Source: Macrostomum lignano
Lineage: Eukaryota
Assembly: GCA_002269645.1 (NCBI GenBank)
Contig: NIVC01000643.1
Coordinates: 1-64,000 of the forward strand
Direction: 5' to 3'
Length of the DNA stretch: 64,000 nucleotides
A program made the translations under genes and the position numbers. Shown here in pieces: positions 50,441-64,000 of this stretch. The notes under the pieces were generated by a model. It ran no database searches. It was not told the DNA's origin and saw only the letters and a list, made by a program, of their open reading frames with translations. Positions within the stretch are counted from its first letter, which is position 1; each line of letters opens with the position of its first letter.

Positions 50441-50961
50441 TGGGTCCATGAGAATTGCCCGCAGACGAATTGCCCGCCGAGTTTTTTCCCGCCGAGGTTT
50501 GCCCGCAATGCTTTTTTCCTGCAGCGCATTTGGCCACGCGGCAGATTTTGTCTGCATTGCCTTCCCATGTTTAGTACGTGTTAATCTCAATAAAGAGATT
50601 TACACGATCAAAACTTTTTGATAGTAACTGCATATCAAATGCATATTTTGGGGGTAGCAATGTATAGACAGAATCTAGCTGCCAAATGCGCTGCAAAAAA
50701 GGATCGCGGGCAAACCTCGGCGGGAAAAAACTCGGCGGGCAATTCGCTCGCGGGCAATTCACTCGCGGGAAAATTGCATTGCGGGCAAATCTCGGCGGGC
50801 AATTCTCGGCGGGCAAATCTCCACGGGCAATTCGCTCACGGGCAAAATGCACTGCGGGCAAATCTCCGCGGGAAAAGCTCGGCGGGCAAATCTCCACGGG
50901 CAAATCTCCTGCGGGCAAATCTCGGCGGGCAATTCGTCTGCGGGCATTTCTCGTGCTCCCC
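50441..50961. mobile_element. Non-autonomous foldback element with inverted GCGGGCAAAT-type arrays
   Basis: Termini TGGGTCCATGAGAATTGCCCGCAGACGAATTGCCCGCCGAG and GGGGAGCACGAGAAATGCCCGCAGACGAATTGCCCGCCGAG; both flanks TATATA. Confidence 0.85.
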
Positions 50962-51956
50962 TATATATTTGGTGCATTAAGTGTTTTATATTAGTACGAG
51001 AAGTATACCGATATTGATCCCATTTGGCTCTTCCCATTGCGGATGATTAAGTAGAACATATAGCATAGAGTTAAGGGGTGTATTTATGTTTGTCTGTTTG
51101 CCTGCAAGTCACAGGTTGTTCCTGTAACTCAAAGAGGTTGTCTGTAAGCCACTGGGTTGTTGTCTGTATAGAAATCAAAACAGAACTTCTATGCTCAATG
51201 AGTCTATGTCCATGAGACTAAGCTGACGTGTTGAGATTCTCTTCTTGTTCTTGCTTGAGAATGTCGGAAGAGTGAATGTCTAATGTCACGTGTGCATGCC
51301 TTATAAAAAATATTTTTACCTAAGTGTAAAGATTCAAAAGCCTCAATTCCAGCTACATGTCCGTACAGCAATCCGACTTCGCCTGCTGTACGGGATGTAC
51401 ATGCACGACATTGGTCCGCACCGCACCGTCTGCGGACAGTGCGACTCGGCGAGAGTGATGCTGTATGCAGACCTGCTGGCCTGAAATACAACTGCATTCA
51501 ATAGCAAAAGTCCTCGATAAGCCCTCCAGATACACGCAGGCTAATAACCTGTTGAATATCTCGAGGGTTGGTTCAATCGGCTTAAAGCGTGCTGTACTGT
51601 AAAGCATTTTTCTCGACAACTTTGCGTACTGCAAAAGGCGAACTCTCTCTGTCTTAAGCTGGTTAATAGCGGGCAGGTGTGAGCAATTGTCAAACCGCTG
51701 CGACAATTAGGCGTCAATCTGAGCTGCTTTAGGCGAGTCCCTTATAAGATAGTAAAATTCATTTTTTGCCGAGCGGAGTCTCTTGCGCTGCTCAAATTTT
51801 GCCTCGCCTGAAGCAGCGATAAGGCGAGGCGCTGAGCCGCCATTACAAACGAGCCACCTCTCGGGCTCGGTTCAGGCGGGGACGGAGCTGCCAACTCACC
51901 TTGTGCACAAATTTCACTCTCTTGCTGGGGCTGCTCAAAACTTGCTATACGGCGAA

Positions 51957-54900
51957 ATGATTCCGTTTGCAGACGAGATCGACACGTCCTGCCTGCAGGA
52001 GGAGTGCAACACCACCTGGCTCAACACCGGTAACCTGCCCGCCATCATCTTCTTTCGGAGTGAGTCGCTTTCCCTCCCTCTGTTACCAGTGCTTAGCAGA
52101 TCAAATGCAAGAGTGTCAGACTCATCAGAGGGGATGTTAGACAGGCAACAGGGGGTATCAGACTGTCAGCAGGAGTGTCAGACACATCAGAGTGACAGAG
52201 TGAGATGTCAAAAGGTGGGATGTCAGTTTAATAATACAGAAGAATTAGGTCGAGTACATGCGCAATGGTTCATCATTTATTTAACCTTCAGCTTTGCCAG
52301 TCTCGGACAGAGCTCTGGTCGTCTCGTCAATCGTGATTGCCTTCCTCAGCAACTGCCTGTACATCGCCCAGATTGTGCTGCTGGTGCGCAAGAAGTGCAG
52401 CTACAACTACATCAAGCTGGCGTCCACCCTGCTGGCTCTGTACCCGGTGGGTTCCCCGGACTTGGCTTGTCAGTCTGCACTTTGTCCTGTATAGTAGCGG
52501 GGTTTTCAGGAGCACCGGCTCGACAAGGCTAAATGGAATTTAGCATACGTTGGAGTCAGAGAATCCTAAATGATGACAGAGGATCCAGGGGTTTCAGGAG
52601 AATCCAGGGTTTGCCTCGAGATCCAGAGGTGTCAGAGAATTCAGGGTTTGCCTGGGGATCCAGAGGTGTCAGAGAATCCAGGGTTTGCCTGGAGATCCAG
52701 AGGTGTCAGAGAATTCAGGGTTTGCCTGGGGATCCAGAGGTGTCAGAGAATTCAGGGTTTGCCTGGGGATCCAGAGGTGTCAGAGAGTCCAGGGTTTGCC
52801 GCCTGGAGATCCAGGGTTGCCAGAGGATCCAGGGTTGTCAGAGGATCAAGGGGTGCAATATTTCCAGGTGCCAGAGGTTTCGGAAGAAACCAAAAGCAAC
52901 TCAATCTTCACTCTCGCATCGCAGGTTTACCAGAACCTCAGCTGCATCGCAATGATAATACCGAGGGCCGTGTCCTTCATTGCTGTGCTGGTTGGAGCGT
53001 AAGTGTACTTTTAGGCATTCTGTTTGTCTGCAAGTCACTTAGACTGTGCTGAGAAGGCTTCGGATTGTGTCTGTAGGTCATAGAGGTGTTTGTAAGCTTC
53101 TGGGGTTGTGTCTGTCAGTCATAGAGGTGTCTGTAAGTCATAGAGGTGTCTGTGAACCATCGGGGTTGTGCCTGTAAGTCAGGTGTCTGTAAGTCATAGA
53201 GGTGTCTGTAAGCCTCTGGGGTTGTGTCTGTAAGTTATAGAGGTGTCTTTAAATCTCTGGGGTTGTGTCTGTAAGTTATAGTGTCTGTAAGTCATACGAG
53301 GTGTCTGTAAATCATAGAGGTGTCTGTAAGTCATAGAGGTGTCTGTGAACCATCGGGGTTGTGCCTGTAAGTCAGGTGTCTGTAAGTCATAGAGGTGTCT
53401 GTAAGCCTCTGGGGTTGTGTCTGTAAGTTATAGAGGTGTCTTTAAATCTCTGGGGTTGTGTCTGTAAGTTATAGTGTCTGTAAGTCATAGGAGGTGTCTG
53501 TAAATCATAGAGGTGTCTGTAAGTCATAGAGGTGTCTGTGAACCATCGGGGTTGTGCCTGTAAGTCAGGTGTCTGTAAGTCATAGAGGTGCCTGTAAGCC
53601 TCTGGGGTTGTGTCTGTAAGTTATAGTGTCTGTAGGTCATAGGAGGTGTCTGTAAATCATAGAGGTGCCTATAAGTCATAGAGGTGTCTGTGAAACATCG
53701 GGGTTGTGCCTGTAAGTCAGGTGTCTGTAAGTCATAGAGGTGTCTGTGAAACATCGGGGTTGTGCCTGTAAGTCAGGTGTCTGTAAGTCATAGAGGTGTC
53801 TGTAAGCCTCTGGGTTGTGTCTGTAAGTTATAGTGTCTGTAAGTCATAGGAGGTGTCTGTAAATCATTGAGGTGCCTGTAAGTCATAGAGGTGTCTGTAA
53901 GTCATAGAGGTGTGTGGAAGTTGTGTCTGTTGTGTCTGTAAGTCATCAAGATAGGCCTTCCCCGCCCCTGGCAACCGCAGGTACACAATGATCGTGTTTA
54001 ACGACTTCTCCAACATGATGTCCTTCGTGTTCGGGGGATTCCGGCGCCTGCTGGACAAGATGGACGGCCAGGAGCTGCAGCGGCCGCGGCTTTGCTCGTG
54101 CTTGCCGAAGACCTACTGGACCAAGTGGGTGCTTCTCTAGGGTGCTGAAATGCTTTTTGTGTCCTGAAGTTTTATTGGCACATGCTAATTGTGCTACTGT
54201 TAGTAACACCATTAGGACTAGCGCAAAGCAGGATAGAATTTCCTCCATTGCCTGCTGCTGATTTCTATCGTAATAGATTGTCTACTGTCTGTAGTAGACT
54301 GTCCACTGTCTGTAGTAGACTGTCTACTGTCAGTAGTAGACTTCCACTGTCTGTAGTAGACGTCCACTGTCTGTAGTATCCTTCTACTGTCTTTAGTATA
54401 CTTCTACTGTCTGTAAAGTAGACTTCTACTGTATGTGGTAGACTGTCCACTGTCTGTAATAGGCTTCCACTGTTTGTAGTAGACTTTTACTGTCTGTAGT
54501 ACACTTTTACTGTCTGTAGTAGGCTGTCTACTGTTACTGTTTACAGCAATAGTCAGACTGTTCTCTGTAATGATCTGTCAAAAATAAAAGTAGACAACAG
54601 TCTGCTGTCAACTCTACTGCTGTAGATAATTGACTGTTTGACTACCTACTGTAAGTCTGTAGTAGGCATTCTGATCCCTGTCCCGCAGGAGGCGAGTGGT
54701 GGTGACGCGGGCCCTGGTGCGGCAGGGCAAGCTGGTGTACTACATCTACGTTGTGCTGGCGGCCATCCTGCTGCTCAACGGCAACTACGAGAAGCGGCCG
54801 CTGGAGGTGAACCGGCCGCTGTTCTGGCTCAGCGTGATCGCTGGGATCAGCCGCTTCGCCGCCACCATCTCTCTGGTGGCCTTCGTTCGCTCCGTCATCA

Positions 54901-56448
54901 AGGTGCTGACCGGCTACAGCTTGGGCAGGAAGTTTGTCGCCCTGCAGATCATCAACATTTTCCACCTGGTCACCAGCATCGCCACCACGTTTCTGAAGTC
55001 CCGGAACCTGCCGATTAGCAACTCCGGGCTCGTGTCTGCCGATAACAGGATCGACTGTGAGTGCTGGCACTCTGAATCCCTGTGTCTGTCACTCTGGCCC
55101 ACTGTCTGTCACTCTGGCTCACTGTCTGTCACTCTGGCTCACTGTCTGTCACTCTGGCTCACAGTGCTTGTCCCTCTGGCTCACTGTCTGTCACTCTGGC
55201 TCACTGTCTGTCACTCTGGCTCACTGTCTGTCACTCTGGCTCACTGTCTGTCACTCTGGCTCACAGTGCTTGTCCCTCTGGCTCACTGTCTGTCACTCTG
55301 GCCCACTGTCTGTCACTCTGGCCCACTGTCTGTCCCTCTGGCCCACTGCCTGTCACTCTGGCCCACTGCCTGTCACTCTGGCTCACTGTGCCTGTCACTC
55401 TGGCTCCCTTTGCCTGTCACTCTGGCTCCCTTTGTCTGTCACTCTGACTCACTGTCTGTCACTCTGGCCCACTGTCTGTCACTCTGGCCCACTGTCTGTC
55501 ACTCTGGCTCAATTTCTGGCACTCTGGCTCACTTTCTGTCTCTCTGGCCCACTGCCTGTCACTCTGGCCCACTGCCTGTCACTCTGGCTCACTGTGCCTG
55601 TCACTCTGGCTTACTGCCTGTCACTCTGGCTCACTGTGCCTGTCACTCTGGCTCCCTTTGCCTGTCACTCTGGCTCCCTTTGTCTGTCACTCTGACTCAC
55701 TGTCTGTCACTCTGGCCCACTGTCTGTCACTCTGGCCCACTGTCTGTCACTCTGGCTCAATTTCTGGCACTCTGGCTCACTTTCTGTCACTCTGGCCCAC
55801 TGTCTGTCACTCTGGCTCCCTTTGTCTGTCCCTCTGGCTCACTGTGCCTGTCACCCTGGCTCACTGTCTGTCCCCTGGCTCACTGCCTGTCACTCTGGCC
55901 CACTGTCTGGCACACTTGCTCACGTCTGGCACTCTCACTATGGCTCACTGTTCCTGTCACTCTGGCTCCCTACTAATGCCAGAAGAGTCCCAGGTCAGAT
56001 GGAAGTCTACCAGTAGGTCATAGAGTTCAGAGGTCATGGAGGTCAGAGGTCATAGAGGTCAAAGGTCATAGAGGTCAGAGGTGCCTGTTTTTATCCAGAG
56101 TTCCCAGCCGGCACAGTCACTCCACCCGCAGTGTACGGCAACTTCGCCGTGATGATGGTGACCACCCTGTGCCAGCTGTGGGCGTTCGTCCTGTTCCACC
56201 GGTCGCCCAGGCCAAACGATCAGCCCGGGCAGTTCGGAGTTCCGCCCGCGACGCCGGCCGCAGCGGCGGGTCAGGAGCGGCAGCCGCAGGTGCAGCCGAG
56301 GCGGACCTCATCGAGCTACACGGTGGACACGGTGCAGTCCAGCGTCGCCTCCGGTGTGGTTGACGACTCGGTGCGCCAGGTGGTGGAGGAGGACGAGCTG
56401 TACGAAGTTCCGGCGCAGCCGAGGCTGCGAGTGAGCGAGGCTGTCTGA
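51957..56448 (+). CDS. SLC51A: Organic solute transporter alpha-like; exons 51957-52059, 52292-52446, 52925-52998, 53981-54124, 54689-55056, 56132-56448
   Basis: All six exons join in phase via GT-AG. LALYP, IIPRA, CSCLP and YSLGRKFVALQ motifs plus multi-TM pattern fit the OST-alpha/TMEM184 family. Confidence 0.8.
52580..52850. repeat. 37-bp minisatellite (OST-alpha intron 2)
   Basis: GGGTTTGCCTGGGGATCCAGAGGTGTCAGAGAATTCA. Confidence 0.92.
53060..53950. repeat. Composite GTGTCTGTAAGTCATAGAG satellite (intron 3)
   Basis: Direct reading. Confidence 0.92.
54270..54660. repeat. Degenerate 17-bp CTACTGTCTGTAGTAGA repeat (intron 4)
   Basis: Direct reading. Confidence 0.8.
55075..55970. repeat. 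20-bp minisatellite CTGTCACTCTGGC(T/C)CACTGT (intron 5)
   Basis: Direct reading. Confidence 0.93.
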
Positions 56449-56559
56449 GTCCCTAGGATTGCTGGGAGCCCAGGTGGTCAGCAAACGGCAAAGAAGGCTA
56501 AAGAAGTCAAAGGAAAATCAATGAAAAGTTATGAAAGCTCAAAAAAAGATGAAAGAAGG

Positions 56560-56815
56560 GGAAAGAAGGTCGATAAAGATCAATAAAGGTCAATAAAGAT
56601 CAATAAAGGTCAATAAAGATCAATAAAGGTCAATAAAGGTCAATAAAGGTCAATAAAGGTCAATAAATATCAATAAAGTTCAATAAAAATCAATAAAGAT
56701 CAATAAAGGCTCATAAAGGTCAATAAAGGTCAGAAATGGCAGTAGAGGTTCATAAAAGGTCAATAAATGTCAATAAAGGTTAATAAAGGTCAATAAAGAT
56801 CAATACAGGTGCATA
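56560..56815. repeat. 10-bp repeat AAAGGTCAAT
   Basis: Direct reading. Confidence 0.9.
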
Positions 56816-58014
56816 AAGGGGAATTAACAATAAGCGCAGGACAATGGCCGCAATACACTATTTGGATGCACTACTATTTCAGTCTATTGTACTATTGCAT
56901 AAACAGTCAACCATGAAAGCGACATTGAAATAGTTAATCCTGAAGCAGTTTGATTACATTTTTAAATTGCTATTTTTGGCCCCTAAAGTTTTAGATGCAC
57001 TAACAAGATAAAGATCGTTTTTTATATTATAATAAGCACAATTGTTACTCTGCCGAATAAATTTGTTATTTTTAAAACATTTAAAACAATAGTATTATTT
57101 ACCATTCTTAACTATATTTAATAATTTATATCAGTTTTTTTTACTTTTGTTTATTCCTCCTACAAAAAAACAAGTTTCAGGCTTGCCAAAATTTAACCTG
57201 AAAAAGATTTGTTTTAATGCTTCTTATTTTTTAACGTGTTTTAAGTGTCAAAAATTACAGAGAGCCAAAATTTCTGAGAGCTCCCAAAAAAGTTTTTTCT
57301 CTAACAAAAAATTTTAACAGTAAAACTCATTTACACTACTGAAGGATAAATTCGAACAGTAGTATCAACGTAAAGACTTTACCAGCACAGACTAAACGGG
57401 GCCTCAATAAGAATTGGCAAATCAAGCCAGCCTGTCTGTCTAAAAGCATCGAATTCGAATTTCGAACCTGTCCAAGGGAACATCGATCGAGAAATGCGGA
57501 ACCGGTATGAATGATTTTTAAGGACCCGAGTATCAGAGAGAATGCACTGACCAAGGCAAGCCCGAGAGATGTCTATCAAGCCCATCCCATCGGGGAATTC
57601 CAGCAACAGTTATAACAAAGATGAAGAATTTCCTGCTTCAGGAGGCGGGGATGGGGCGCCAGTTCCTCGATATTGGCTTTTTATTTGCTGCTTTTATTTG
57701 CCTCTGACCTTCTTTGTCCGACCCGGGCCGGCCTTGAATAACAACCACTTTATAGTCTATGGCTTTGAGGGGAGCAATTACTGCGGGAATTCCCTGCGCT
57801 CCAGCTGACTGACAGGTCCGCGTTGCGTCACTGAAAGGGGGTCCGAGATGCTCTGCTTTATCAGCGGGCAGACATCTGCAATCTGCCTGCTATCGCTGCA
57901 GTGCCATCTTGAAAATTCTTGATTTTCGAGAAAAATACCTTTATGGTTAATTTTATTTTTTGATGGGCGCTTGAGAGAAAGTTTGAATAAAACTGCTTGG
58001 AACGGTTACTGATA

Positions 58015-58670
58015 GACACATGAGACAGGGTGAGAATGGAGATTATTGGAGACATGAGACAGGTGAGAATGGAGATTATTGGGAGACATGAGACAGGTGA
58101 GAATGGAGATTAATGGAGATATGAGAAAGGTGAGAATGGAGATTATTGGGAGACATGAGACAGGTGAGAATGGAGATTAATGGAGATATGAGAAAGGTGA
58201 GAATGGAGATTAATGGAGATATGAGAAAGGTGAGAATGGAGATAAATGGAGACATGAGACAGGGTGAGAATGGAGATTAATTGAGATATGAGACAGGGTG
58301 AGAATGGAGATTAATGGAGATATGAGACAGGGTGAGAATGGAGATTAATGGAGACATGAGACAGGAGAGAATGGAGATTGATAAAGACATAAGACACGTG
58401 AGAATGGAGATTAATGGAGATATGAGACAGGGTGAGAATAGAGATTAATGGACATTAATGAGACAGGAGAGAATGGAGATTGATAAAGACATAAGACACG
58501 TGAGAATGGAGATTAATGGAGATATGAGACAGGGTGAGAATAGAGATTAATGGACATTAATGAGACAGGAGAGAATGGAGATTGATAAAGACATAAGACA
58601 CGTGAGAATGGAGATTAATGGAGACACGAGACAGGTGAGACTGAGAATGGAGATTAATGGAGATATGAGA
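58015..58670. repeat. 33-34-bp minisatellite GAGACATGAGACAGGTGAGAATGGAGATTAATG
   Basis: Direct reading. Confidence 0.92.
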
Positions 58671-59419
58671 TAGGTGAATGGTTGCTAGAGAAGTTCTGCT
58701 CAAGTTTTTGAAACTTAAATTCGGCAGTGAGGTCATTAAACTCAGTTTTTCTAAAATAATTGGCTCGGCAAGTTCTGCACAATGGCAAGTGCCATAACAC
58801 GACCTGAACAAGATTTTTGACAAAAAATCGAGGGCCATTGGCTCCGCCTTTGACTCGCAACGCAAGCAATTGTGACTCTGATAATTGTATTGAATTTAAA
58901 AACTTTTAACAGAAAAAACTCACCTCATCCAGCCCCATCATTATCCTTCCGTGCAGCCTCCCGCTGCTTATCCTCTCTTCTCCATCACCCAGACTCATTT
59001 TTATTTGGGATCCGATAGGAGGAGACTCGCACGGAAGTCAGGCGGGTCCTGAAGTGGCATCACCTGCCCGGCTGGAAATACCTGTTGTCTGTTGTGGTAG
59101 CCCCCTCCCCTCCCGCAAACCACTGCCCAGCAACTGCCCGGCAACCGGCTTGAAGGGAGTGGAGATAACATAATGAGGGCTTGCAAGGTTTTTTTGAAAC
59201 TCTCAGAGCTCTGGGAATTAAAAACAGTTTTGTAATTCATAGCAATTAAGGATGCACTGTGACCGAAGTTCCATGGGCGTGCGGGCGGGACCGGCCACCA
59301 CACCTGACATATTTTGTGCTTAAAAGGCCTAGCGGGGGAGCTTTGGGAAGGCGTGTAAGGAGTTTCCTGTGACATCCCAGAAGCTGAACTTTAGCGATGA
59401 AGCCACTTCAATAAATTAA

Positions 59420-60100
59420 GTCTTTGGCGCCCAAATAGAGTATTTGTCGCCCAAATGGAGTCATTGGCGCCCAAATGGAGTCTTTGGCGCCCAAATGGAG
59501 TCATTGGCGCCTAAATGGAGTCTTTGGCGCCCAAATGGAGTCTTCGGCGCCCAAAATGGAGTCTTTGGCGCCCAAATTGAATATGTTGCGCCCAAAATGA
59601 AATCAGTGGCACCCAAAATGGAGTCATTGGCGCCCAACTTCAGTCATTGGCGCCCAAAATGAAATCAGTGGCGCCAAAATGGAATCAGTGGCGCCAAAAT
59701 GGAATCAGTTGCGCCAAAATGGAGTAATTGGCGCCCAAATGGAATCAGTGGCGCTAAAAATGGAATCAGTGGCGCCCAAAATGGAGTCATTGGCGCCAAA
59801 ATGGAGTAATTGGCGCCCAAAATGGAATCAGTGGCGCCAAAATGGAGTCAGTGGCGCCAAAATAGAATCAGTGCTGCCAAAATTGAATCAGTGGCGCCAA
59901 AATGGAGTCAGTGGCGCCAAAATGGAGTCAGTGGCGCCAAAATGGAATCAGTGGCGCCAAAATTGAATCAGTGGCGCCAAAATGGAGTAATTGGCGCCCA
60001 AATGGAATCAGTGACGCCAAAATGGAGTAATTGGCGCCCAAATGGAATCAGTGGCGCTCAAAATGGAATCAGTGGCGCCCAAAATGGAATCAGTGGCGCT
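59420..60100. repeat. 20-21-bp minisatellite with a GGCGCC core
   Basis: TGGCGCC(C)AAAATGGA(A/G)TCAG variants. Confidence 0.93.
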
Positions 60101-60779
60101 AAAACAGCGCTAAAGTGACTAAATTTTCCCCTTTGCGTCTCCCAGACATTTGATTTGTTTTTGTTCCCTGTTAACTGCTGCTTGCTCAATCCGCGCGCTT
60201 CGATTACGAGGTACCTACGACCCCAGCCTCTCTGCAAAAAAATCCCCAATCAAGATGTTCCCCGTCAAAGTAGCTCGGGACCGACTGGCAGTCAGCCAGG
60301 CAGGCAGTCAGTCAGTCAGGCAGGCTTGATTGACAAGTTCCAACCTGGCTGAGGGGTCCGCCAAGCCGGCAAGCCCGGTTTGTTTTCTCAGCCCAAACCC
60401 CCGGATGGCCTGGCGCGGGGGGCAGGAGGGGTTCAAGACGGGGAAAGCAGTTCCATATCGTGTAGTTCATTAGCTCATGCTTAGCAAAATATACTTAGGG
60501 ATATATGGTGTCTGACAATGCGAGAAGCTGGAGCTGGGGATCGGAGCAGCTGGGGCGCCTCAAACCCTGCAGGCGCTGACCTCTGCAACAGGTTGCGGAC
60601 CTGCTTGTGGGTCAGAGACCAGGCCAGGTGCCCAAGGGAGTTGCGGATCCGGGATCCGATGGGAGGAGAGTTTGATGCAGATCCGCGTGTTCGATGTTCA
60701 GAAAATTGGAGATCTTGTAATTGTGAAAGCAACGGCTTAATAAGATAAGACAGAATGAGGCAGAGTGAGGTAGACTGAC

Positions 60780-61170
60780 GTAAAAGAGTGACGTAGAGTG
60801 AGGTGGAGTGAGGTGGAGTGAGGTGGAGTGAGGTAGAGTGAGGTGGAGTGAAGTGGAGTGAGGTGGAGTGAGGTAGAGTGAGGTAGAGTGAGGTAGAGTG
60901 AAGTAGAGTGAGGTGGAGTGAGGTGGAGTGAGGTGGAGTGAGGTGGAGTGAGGTAGAGTGAGGTAGAGTGAAGTAGAGTGAGGTGGAGTGAGGTGGAGTG
61001 AGGTGGAGTGAGGTGGAGTGAGGTACAGTGAGGTACAGTGAGGTAGAGTGAGTTAGAGGGAGTTAGAGTGAGGTAGACTGAAGTAGAGTGACGTAGGGTG
61101 AGGTAGAGTGCGGTAGGGTGAGGTAGAGTGCGGTAGGGTGAGGTAGAGTGACTAGAATGCAAGGGTAGAG
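60780..61170. repeat. 10-bp repeat GT(A/G)GAGTGAG
   Basis: Direct reading. Confidence 0.93.
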
Positions 61171-61729
61171 TGAGGGGGAGTCCAGACACGGCTCAGCCGG
61201 AAATTACTGTGTACTGGAGAGCAGGTCTCCCCATCAGTGCTCAGACGAGTGGCTGCAATGCAGGAGTTCGGAAGAGCCTGAGGGCAGGAGGCAGCTCCAT
61301 GTGCTCATGCTCGACGTCGAGTTTAGGCTCCCACCTGGCCTTATCGCCAAACTGAGTCTCAGTTTCAAAAGCAACATTTGCATTTCCTGTCCGATCGAGC
61401 TTCGAGAGCCGCGCCCCCGGGCTAAGGAAGGAAGGCACGGAAGGAGAGGTGTGATGATGGAGCCAGGGAGAAGTAGATCATGGGGATGGGGGGAGTAGAG
61501 ATAGAAAGGGAAGATAGACCACAGCACAAGCACACAGCTTACGAAATAATTCATTGCACGGAATTACATCAACTTTGGTAAACGGAAACTGGGCAGTGAT
61601 TAATAATAACGAAGGTGAAGTTCAAAGTGTGGGCTTGGGACTTGGATGACTTTGCTAATGGAACAGGGAAGGGCGATGCTGAAGACAAAGGCGGAATCTG
61701 GCTCAAATCGAAATGCAGACATTTCGAAA

Positions 61730-62545
61730 TGCAGAGTGAAAGGGGAATGAAGGGAGAGTGAAGGGATAGTGAAGGGAGCGTGAAGGGAGAGTGACAGGGG
61801 AATGAAGGGAGAGTGAAGGGAGAGTGAAGGGAGAGTGAAGGGAGTGTGAAGGGAGAGTGAAGGGAGAGTGAAGGGAGTGTGAAGGGAGAATGAAGGGAGA
61901 GTGAAGGGAGTGTGAAGAGAGAGTGAAGGGAGAATGAGGGGAGAGCAAAAGGAGAATGAAGGGAGAGTGAAGGGAGTGTGAAGGGAGAGTGAAGGGAGTG
62001 TGAAGGGAGAGTGAAAGGAGTGTGAAGGGAGTGTGAAGAGAGAGTGAAGGGAGAATGAGGGGAGTGTGAAGGGAGAGTGAAGGGAGTGTGAAGGGAGAGT
62101 GAAGGGAGTGTGAAGGGAGAGCAAAAGGAGAATGGAGAGTGAAGGGAGTGTGAAGGGAGAGTGAAGGGAGTGTGAAGGGAGAGTGAAGGGAGAGACAAAA
62201 GGAGAATGAAAGGAGAGTGAAGGGAGAGTGAAGGGAGTGTGAAGGGAGAGTGAAGAGAGTGTGAAAGGAGTGTGAAGGGAGTGTGAAGGGAGAGTGAAGG
62301 GAGTGTGAAGGGAGAGTGAAGGGAGTGTGAAGGGAGTGTGAAGGGAGATTGAAGGGAGAGACAAAAGGAGAATGAAAGGAGAGTGAAGGGAGAGTGAAGG
62401 AGAGTGAAGGGAGAGTGAAGGGAGAGTGAAGGGAGAGTGAAGGGAGAGTGAAGGGAGTGTGAAGGGAGAGTGAAGGGAGAGTGAAGGGAGAGTGAAGGGA
62501 GAGTGAAGGGAGAGTGAAGGGAGAGTGAAGGGAGAGTGAAGGGAG
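61730..62545. repeat. 11-bp purine-rich repeat GAAGGGAG(A/T)GT
   Basis: Direct reading. Confidence 0.93.
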
Positions 62546-63025
62546 ATGGGAATGGTCAGTATTGGATACTTTCCAAGCCTCAGTGAAACAAATGAAAAGC
62601 AGGTCATTTCAAAAGTTGGCACGGTTTCTTCAAAAATTGAAACCGCAGAAATGTTCAACCTGACAATCTGCCTGGCAGGTGCAGAAACGTAAAAGCAACG
62701 CTGCTAAAGAGAGCGCCATGGGCCTGCAGGACTCGTCCCCTCTGACGCTGAAGACACCCGCCTGCTCAGCGGGTGGCCGTCAGTTCCGCTTCTCTTTTCA
62801 AACTGGCCTGAAGTTTTCCAAGAAAAACTTTCAAAACCGGAGTCTCCGGCTTTCTCGAGCTGCCGCTGCGCGAGCGGATTCGGACGGAGGCCATTGGCCA
62901 GCGCTGATGACAGCTTTCAGCACTCCTGGGGAGACCGCGGCTTGACTGACAGCTGGACAGGAGGAGGCAAGGGGATCAGGGGGATTTGAGGCTTGGCAAA
63001 AAGTCCTGCTTTATCTGTGATGGAT

Positions 63026-63335
<310 letters not shown>

Positions 63336-63734
63336 CATCTCCCTGATTATTCAGTCGGATCTGCATTTGGGTGCTGTCAGGCGGCAGCAGGGCAGCCAGC
63401 TGATCCCTCCCGGATCCCTGTATCCAATAGCAGCAGGCCGAATCTGTGTGGCCACCCGCTGAGCAGGCGGGAGCAGAGCCAGCAGGAGCCGCTGCTCCCA
63501 GGAGCAGTAATTGGCGAGTACGCGGGATCCCATGCCCCGGCCGGTTGCGCAACCGCAGCCAGCAGCAGCAGGGCGTGGATAAACAGCGCACCCCCAGCCG
63601 GTGGGCACCGCAGCAACCGCTGGCTTTGATAAACACTGCAACAGAGGAGGCTGATCGGTTTTAAGGAGAGCTCGAACCAAGCATCTGGAGTGGCCAGTCC
63701 TGCTAGGCCCGCCGTTATCGCAGTTTGGTTTCCG

Positions 63735-64000
63735 TTGAGGTCTTGTGAAGTTTAGGTCCTGTGAAGTACTCTTGTGAAGTATAGGTCTTGTGTGGTTTAG
63801 GTCTTTTGTAGTTTAGGTCTTAGTTTAGGTCTTGTGATCAGTTTAGGTCTTGTGAAGTATAGGTCTTGTGTGGTTTAGGTCTTTTGTAGTTTAGGTTTTA
63901 GTTTAGGTCTTGTGGAGTTTAGGTCTTGTGAAGTTTAGGTCTAGTGGAGTTTAGGTCTTGTGGAGTTTAGGTCTTGTGAAGTTTAGGTCTTGTGAAGTTT
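63735..64000. repeat. 16-bp repeat TTTAGGTCTTGTGAAG, runs off the right edge
   Basis: Direct reading. Confidence 0.9.

Noticed and set aside
51350-51484. Exon-like segment with CGQC after a CAG acceptor
   Set aside because: No upstream exon could be linked and no family was recognised.
57592-57794. Two kappaB-like sites (GGGGAATTCC, GGGAATTCCC)
   Set aside because: Short motifs with no identifiable linked gene; chance occurrence cannot be excluded.

Overview
Eukaryotic (metazoan) genomic DNA: GC-rich spliced exons sit among minisatellite-filled introns, microsatellites and transposons. The style resembles a Macrostomum-type flatworm, but that is inference only. Supported genes: a frameshifted OCH1/SUR1-like GT32 exon; a Cys-rich GCC2/GCC3-repeat secreted protein; a partial bestrophin; two inverted WSC+PAN paralogs; a PAN-like+fibrinogen protein; Gemin2; a Smad2/3-type R-Smad with a degenerate MH1 DNA-binding hairpin; an A4GNT/A4GALT-like GT32; and an OST-alpha (SLC51A-like) transporter. 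Mobile elements: a mariner, a 5'-truncated LOA-like LINE with a 10-bp TSD, an apparently full-length ORF1-less EN-RT-RNaseH LINE (Ingi-like), three related foldback elements compatible with 6-bp TSDs, a Tc1/IS630 deletion derivative and a decayed MULE-like remnant. The strongest observation is an HDV-like ribozyme fold whose first nucleotide coincides exactly with the 5' junction of the Ingi-like LINE. Also notable are a CpG-poor domain with directional, mostly non-CpG G:C to A:T divergence between two inverted-repeat arms (RIP-like), the foldback family, and the divergent Smad. All calls are by eye; no searches or folding programs were run.
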